Assembly: GCA_913054235.1 (NCBI GenBank)
Contig: CAJXJI010000003.1
Span: 1 to 40,971, forward strand
Length of the DNA stretch: 40,971 nucleotides
Source of the DNA: an uncultured bacterium
Lineage (GTDB): Bacteria > Patescibacteriota > Minisyncoccia > Minisyncoccales > UBA10102
Direction: 5' to 3'
Shown here: one piece after another, positions 36,528 to 40,971 of the stretch
How the letters are laid out: each line of letters begins with the position of its first letter
How positions within the stretch are numbered: position 1 is the stretch's first letter
Made by a program: the position numbers and the translations under genes
The notes under the pieces: model-generated
What the model was told of the DNA's origin: nothing
The model's database searches: none
Seen by the model: the letters and a program-made list of their open reading frames with translations, nothing else

Positions 36528-36534
36528 AGAGCTT

Positions 36535-37857
36535 ATGGAAGATCTCATGGCAAAAATCATATCTTTATCAAAACGACGAGGCTTTATCTTTCCTGGTTCT
36601 GAAATCTATGGAGGCCTGGCCAATTCTTTTGATTATGGGCCTTTGGGAGTTGAATTAAAGAATAATATTAAGCAAGAATGGTGGAAGCGTTTTGTACAGC
36701 AGCGTTCTGATATTGTAGGTATTGACGCTGCCCTCATAATGAATCCAAAGGTTTGGGAGGCTTCAGGACACTTGGAAAACTTTTCTGATCCGCTTGTAGA
36801 GTGTAAAAAATGTAACACTCGATTTCGAGAAGACCAGATACAGGATGAAAAGTGCCCCAATTGTAAGGGCAAAGAGTTTAGTTTGCCTCGCAACTTTAAC
36901 CTTATGCTCAAAACATTTCTTGGTCCGGCCGAAGATGCTGCAAATACGGTATATTTTCGCCCTGAAACAGCGCAAGCAATGTTTGTTGATTTTAAGAATA
37001 TTCTCAGTGCGAGCCGGCAGAATATACCCTTTGGTATTGCGCAGGTAGGGAAGGCATTTCGTAATGAGATTACTCCAGGAAACTTTATCTTTCGCACTCG
37101 TGAGTTTGAGCAAATGGAAATTGAATATTTTGTAAAGGAAGAAGAATGGGAAGAGCATTTTGAGAATTGGCTAAACGAAATGAAACAATGGTTAAAAGAC
37201 CTTGGGGTTTCAGAAAAGAAACTTCACTATGTTGATATTCCTGATGGTGAGCGCGCTCATTACTCAAAGCGAACGGTAGATATTGAATATGAGTATCCTT
37301 TTGGACAAAAAGAACTCTATGGTTTATCATACCGTGGGGATTTTGATCTTAAGAATCACTTTCCCAAAGATGCTCCCTGTCGCGACGCAGAGAGTAAAGA
37401 TGCTTTTTGGCCGCATGTTATTGAGCCAACATGGGGAGTAGATAGGTCTGTATTGGTAGCTATGCTGGAAGCCTATCATGAGGAAGAAGTACCCACCGCA
37501 GAGGAAGGGGAAAGTGCAACTCGAGTTGTGATGAAGTTTCCTTTCTGGGTAGCTCCAGTGAAAGTTGCGATTCTTCCATTAGTGAAAAACAAGCCAGAAG
37601 TAGTTAAAAAAGCACGAGAGGTCTTTGATATGCTTAAGCTACAGTTTCCTTGTCAGTATGATGAAGCAGGAGCAATAGGAAGAAGATATCGACGCCAAGA
37701 TGAAATTGGTACTCCTTTTTGTGTGACTGTTGATTTCGATACCTTAAAAGATAATTCTGTGACGATAAGAGATCGAGATACCATGAAGCAAAATAGAGTT
37801 TCCTTGGATTCTCTCATAACAACTATCAAGGAGCGATTGAATGATAAAGATAACTAA
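36535..37857 (+). CDS. glyQS: Glycine--tRNA ligase, homodimeric (alpha2) type
   Basis: KRRGF...SEIYGG, DYGPLG, RPETAQ, FRNEITPGNFIFRTREFEQME, IGRRYRRQDEIGTP. Confidence 0.97.
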   Translation: MEDLMAKIISLSKRRGFIFPGSEIYGGLANSFDYGPLGVELKNNIKQEWWKRFVQQRSDIVGIDAALIMNPKVWEASGHLENFSDPLVECKKCNTRFREDQIQDEKCPNCKGKEFSLPRNFNLMLKTFLGPAEDAANTVYFRPETAQAMFVDFKNILSASRQNIPFGIAQVGKAFRNEITPGNFIFRTREFEQMEIEYFVKEEEWEEHFENWLNEMKQWLKDLGVSEKKLHYVDIPDGERAHYSKRTVDIEYEYPFGQKELYGLSYRGDFDLKNHFPKDAPCRDAESKDAFWPHVIEPTWGVDRSVLVAMLEAYHEEEVPTAEEGESATRVVMKFPFWVAPVKVAILPLVKNKPEVVKKAREVFDMLKLQFPCQYDEAGAIGRRYRRQDEIGTPFCVTVDFDTLKDNSVTIRDRDTMKQNRVSLDSLITTIKERLNDKDN

Positions 37858-39103
37858 GCTTAAAAGCGGACTCAGGGTTCTTACTATTCCCCAACAAAAT
37901 ACCAGGACCGTGACAGTATTGGTATTGGTGGGGACTGGCTCCAAATACGAAGAAAAAAGAGTGAACGGAATCTCCCATTTTTTGGAGCATATGTTTTTTA
38001 AAGGGACAAAGAAGCGTTCTACTCCTTTTAAAATTGCAGGTCCCATTGAAAACGCTGGGGGGGTCTTTAATGCGTTTACATCCCAAGATCTTACGGGGTA
38101 TTACATTAAAGTTGATGCTGCGCATCTTGATTTGGCATTGGAAATTGTTGCAGATATCTTTTTAAATTCTCTGCTTGCGCAAAAGGAAATTACAAAAGAA
38201 AAAGGAGTGGTAGTAGAAGAAATTAATATGCGAAGAGACACTCCCATGATTCATGTTGCAGACTTATTGGAACAGTTCTTGTATGGAGATCAGCCAGCAG
38301 GATGGGATATTGCAGGAACAAAGGAAACAGTTCAAGGGCTTACTCGAGCTGATATTCTTACGTACGTTAAAAGTCAGTATGTTGCAGAAAATACATTGGT
38401 ATGCGTGGCAGGAAACATAAGAGAGAACAAGGTAAGGGAAAAAGTAAGAAAGCTTTTTTCTTCTATTTCACAAAAGAACTTTAAAGAAAAGATTGGGGTC
38501 AAAGAAAAACAAGAGAAACTTAGGGTACTTTTGGAATATCGCGCAACCGATCAAACTCATATTGCACTTGCAGCACGCGGATTTAATCTTTCTCATAAAG
38601 ATAGGTTTGCGCAGGAAATTATTGCTGCAATCTTGGGAGGCGGAATGAGTTCTCGTTTGTTTTTGGAGATTAGAGAAAAACTTGGCCTTGCTTACTACAT
38701 TTCAACCTCCTCTGAGGAAAATCCCGATACTGGTTTTCTTGCAACCTTTGCTGGAGTTAAAAATGAGAATGCGAAAATTGCCCTAAAGGTTATTATTAGG
38801 GAGTATAGGAAGTTGGCAAGAACTAAGGTTAGTGCAACAGAGCTTCGCAACGCAAAAGAACGTATTAAGGGAAGAATGGCGCTATCTTTGGAATCCTCAG
38901 ATGCTAAGGCTGAGTTTTATGGCATTCAGGAGATTTTGCAGAATCGATTTTTCACTCCAGAACAACTCTATGATAAGATAGAGAAAGTGAAAGTATCGGA
39001 TATTTTGCGAGTGGCAAAAAAGATGTTTGTATCTTCAAATCTAAATCTTGTGGTCTTAGGACCATTTAAAGATAAGAAGAGATTTCAAAAGATTCTCTCA
39101 TGA
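37841..39103 (+). CDS. M16 family zinc peptidase
   Basis: HFLEH inverted zincin motif, NAFTS, LGGGMSSRLF.EIREKLGLAY. Confidence 0.95.
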   Translation: MIKITKLKSGLRVLTIPQQNTRTVTVLVLVGTGSKYEEKRVNGISHFLEHMFFKGTKKRSTPFKIAGPIENAGGVFNAFTSQDLTGYYIKVDAAHLDLALEIVADIFLNSLLAQKEITKEKGVVVEEINMRRDTPMIHVADLLEQFLYGDQPAGWDIAGTKETVQGLTRADILTYVKSQYVAENTLVCVAGNIRENKVREKVRKLFSSISQKNFKEKIGVKEKQEKLRVLLEYRATDQTHIALAARGFNLSHKDRFAQEIIAAILGGGMSSRLFLEIREKLGLAYYISTSSEENPDTGFLATFAGVKNENAKIALKVIIREYRKLARTKVSATELRNAKERIKGRMALSLESSDAKAEFYGIQEILQNRFFTPEQLYDKIEKVKVSDILRVAKKMFVSSNLNLVVLGPFKDKKRFQKILS

Positions 39104-40131
39104 ACGATCAAGGAAGATTATTAGATATTTCTTGGGGCACCATTTTAAAGATTGCGGTGGCGGGCCTTGTGATTTATATTCTGTTTTTAACCAGGGATAT
39201 TATGGTTTGGGTCCTTTTTGGTTTGATTATATCTATTCTTTTTGATCCTGCCATTGATTTTTTGCAAAAAAGAAGAATTCCTCGAGCCTTGGCAGTTATT
39301 TCAGTATACTCAAGTATTTTTGGTGCCTTAGCTCTTATGATTTGGAGCATGGCTCCACTTTTTGTAAATGAGATTCAACGATTTTCACAGCTGTTCCCTC
39401 AATACTTTGAAACTTTGTCTCCCATATTGCAGGGTCTTGGCATCGCAGCTTTTAGTGATGTGCAGACTTTTTTTGATGCCTTGAGCTTTGGAGTGGAAAG
39501 TATTGCAAGCAGTATCTTTTCTGCCTTCTTTGTGGTGTTTGGAGGAATTTTTTCTACCATATTTGTTCTCTCCATTTCCATCTTCCTTTCTATTGAGGAA
39601 AAATCTATTGAGAAAACTATCACTCTTTTATTTCCCAAAAAGTATGAAGTGTTTGCTTTGGATTTGTGGACACGCTCACAGCGCAAGGTTTCAGGTTGGT
39701 TTGCTTCAAGGCTCATTACCTCTATTTTTGTTGGTGTTGCAACCTACCTCACCCTATTTTTGTTTAATGTGCAATATCCCTTTTCTTTGGGGTTATTGGC
39801 AACCATTTTAAACTTTATCCCTATTATAGGGCCACTGGTGACAGGACTCTTACTGTTTATTATCGTTGCCTTGGATTCTACCCTAAAAGCAATCTTTATC
39901 CTTATTGCCTTTACTCTTATTCAACAAATTGAAGGGAACATTCTAACTCCTCTTTTAACCAAGAGATTCTTGGGTATTCCACCCGCTTTAGTTTTAATAG
40001 CTTTGGCTGTAGGAATGCAACTCTGGGGGATTATGGGAGCTATTTTGGCAATTCCTTTGGCAGGAATCATATTTGAGTTCTTGCGAGACTTTCTCAAAAA
40101 GCGAAAAGAGGAAAATGATAAAACCGCTTAG
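39100..40131 (+). CDS. AI-2E family transporter
   Basis: FIPIIGP, QQIEGNILTP, GI.GAILAIP; multiple TM segments. Confidence 0.92.
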   Translation: MNDQGRLLDISWGTILKIAVAGLVIYILFLTRDIMVWVLFGLIISILFDPAIDFLQKRRIPRALAVISVYSSIFGALALMIWSMAPLFVNEIQRFSQLFPQYFETLSPILQGLGIAAFSDVQTFFDALSFGVESIASSIFSAFFVVFGGIFSTIFVLSISIFLSIEEKSIEKTITLLFPKKYEVFALDLWTRSQRKVSGWFASRLITSIFVGVATYLTLFLFNVQYPFSLGLLATILNFIPIIGPLVTGLLLFIIVALDSTLKAIFILIAFTLIQQIEGNILTPLLTKRFLGIPPALVLIALAVGMQLWGIMGAILAIPLAGIIFEFLRDFLKKRKEENDKTA

Positions 40132-40162
40132 GTAGATTTTTGTTTTGGAAGTTTAATAAAAT

Positions 40163-40834
40163 ATGGGTACGCTCTTTATTATTGCAACGCCAATTGGGAA
40201 TCTAAAAGATGTTACTCTTCGTTCTTTGGAAATCTTAAAAGAGGTTGATGTTGTGTTGGCAGAAGATACAAGGGTTACAAAAAAACTGTTAGTGCATTAT
40301 GAAATTAAAACCCCTCTACTAAGCTATCATCAGCACAGTAAGGAGAGTGTGATGGAAAAAGCATTCCAGCTTCTTTTTGAAGGGAAAGACTTAGCTTTAG
40401 TTAGCGATGCTGGAACTCCAGGTATCTGTGACCCTGGAAACGAGCTCATTGCGTTTTTGCTTAAGAGAAATTCAAAAATACAGATTGTTCCTATACCAGG
40501 CGCTTCAGCTATAACTACGCTTTTGAGCATTGCAGGTATTGGAACGGATAAATTCTTGTTTCTGGGATATCCACCACACAAGAAAGGAAGAAAAAAGTTC
40601 TTTGAAGAAGTGGTGGCAAGTAAACACCCCGTTTTATTTTATGAATCTCCTCATAGGATTATGAAAAGCTTAAAAGAGATGGAAGCGTTAGATCCTAAAC
40701 TTTCTCTAGTTGTGGGAAGAGAGCTTACTAAACAATTTGAAACGATTTATCGGGGGAGCAGTAAAGAGATACAAAAGAAACTTGAAGAAAATCCCATAAA
40801 AGGAGAGTTTGTTTTACTCGTGTATTCATCTTGA
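40163..40834 (+). CDS. rsmI: 16S rRNA C1402 2'-O-methyltransferase
   Basis: ATPIGNL.D, AEDTR, SDAGTPGICDPG, YESPHR, RELTKQFE. Confidence 0.97.
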   Translation: MGTLFIIATPIGNLKDVTLRSLEILKEVDVVLAEDTRVTKKLLVHYEIKTPLLSYHQHSKESVMEKAFQLLFEGKDLALVSDAGTPGICDPGNELIAFLLKRNSKIQIVPIPGASAITTLLSIAGIGTDKFLFLGYPPHKKGRKKFFEEVVASKHPVLFYESPHRIMKSLKEMEALDPKLSLVVGRELTKQFETIYRGSSKEIQKKLEENPIKGEFVLLVYSS

Positions 40835-40899
40835 CAATCAGATTTATTAATGTAAAAAACAAGGAAAGAACTAGTCGTGGATTAATGGGGAGAGATAGG

Positions 40900-40971
40900 A
40901 TGACACGGGAGCAAGCCACGATTGCACTACAGACTGGTAAGCTCGTTACATGCAAAATAGGGGAGGAAATC
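40900..40971 (+). CDS. Partial hypothetical protein (runs off window)
   Basis: GGGGAG SD-like site; MTREQATIALQTGKLVTCKIGEEI open to edge; TTGACA at 40831. Confidence 0.4.
   Translation, partial: MTREQATIALQTGKLVTCKIGEEI

Noticed and set aside
36300-36534. T-box riboswitch ahead of glyQS
   Set aside because: No AAGGGTGGNACC(G/A)CG T-box or specifier stem visible; glyQS appears to have a leaderless promoter.
430-40955. Numerous 60-150 aa alternative-frame and antisense ORFs in the track
   Set aside because: They overlap well-supported genes and have Ser/Phe-rich shadow composition.

Overview
AT-rich, gene-dense chromosomal segment of a bacterium using genetic code 11 (TGA is a normal stop). 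Gene content, compact proteins and near-absence of Shine-Dalgarno motifs suggest Patescibacteria/CPR, probably Parcubacteria (inference). It is mostly housekeeping: ruvC-yebC-ruvB, a PilB/GspE ATPase, tsaE, polA, a two-component pair, holA, rpsT, uvrB, ruvA, murE, NIF3-like, SpeD-like, a permease, acyP, VIT1, a PD-(D/E)XK nuclease, EndoQ-like, greA, a cytidine deaminase-like gene, HD, PolX-PHP, NUDIX, rplT-rpmI-infC, tmRNA, smpB, argS, ileS, recO, glyQS, an M16 peptidase, AI-2E and rsmI. I saw no CRISPR array, transposase or prophage. Most notable: (1) the tmRNA 5' end overlaps the last codons and stop of smpB, so tmRNA maturation should create a non-stop smpB mRNA, a possible feedback loop; (2) two unannotated ~150-nt structured RNAs, each with its own sigma70-like promoter (2523-2669 and 4981-5130); (3) a PRTase-Lrp/AsnC fusion regulator; (4) apparently pervasive leaderless transcription; (5) enzymes with altered catalytic motifs (IleRS2 GFHH, PolX, SpeD, HD); (6) a membrane-protein ORF split by one in-frame TGA, and a 33-aa membrane protein missed by the ORF track. 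All calls are by eye from motifs; no database searches were run.
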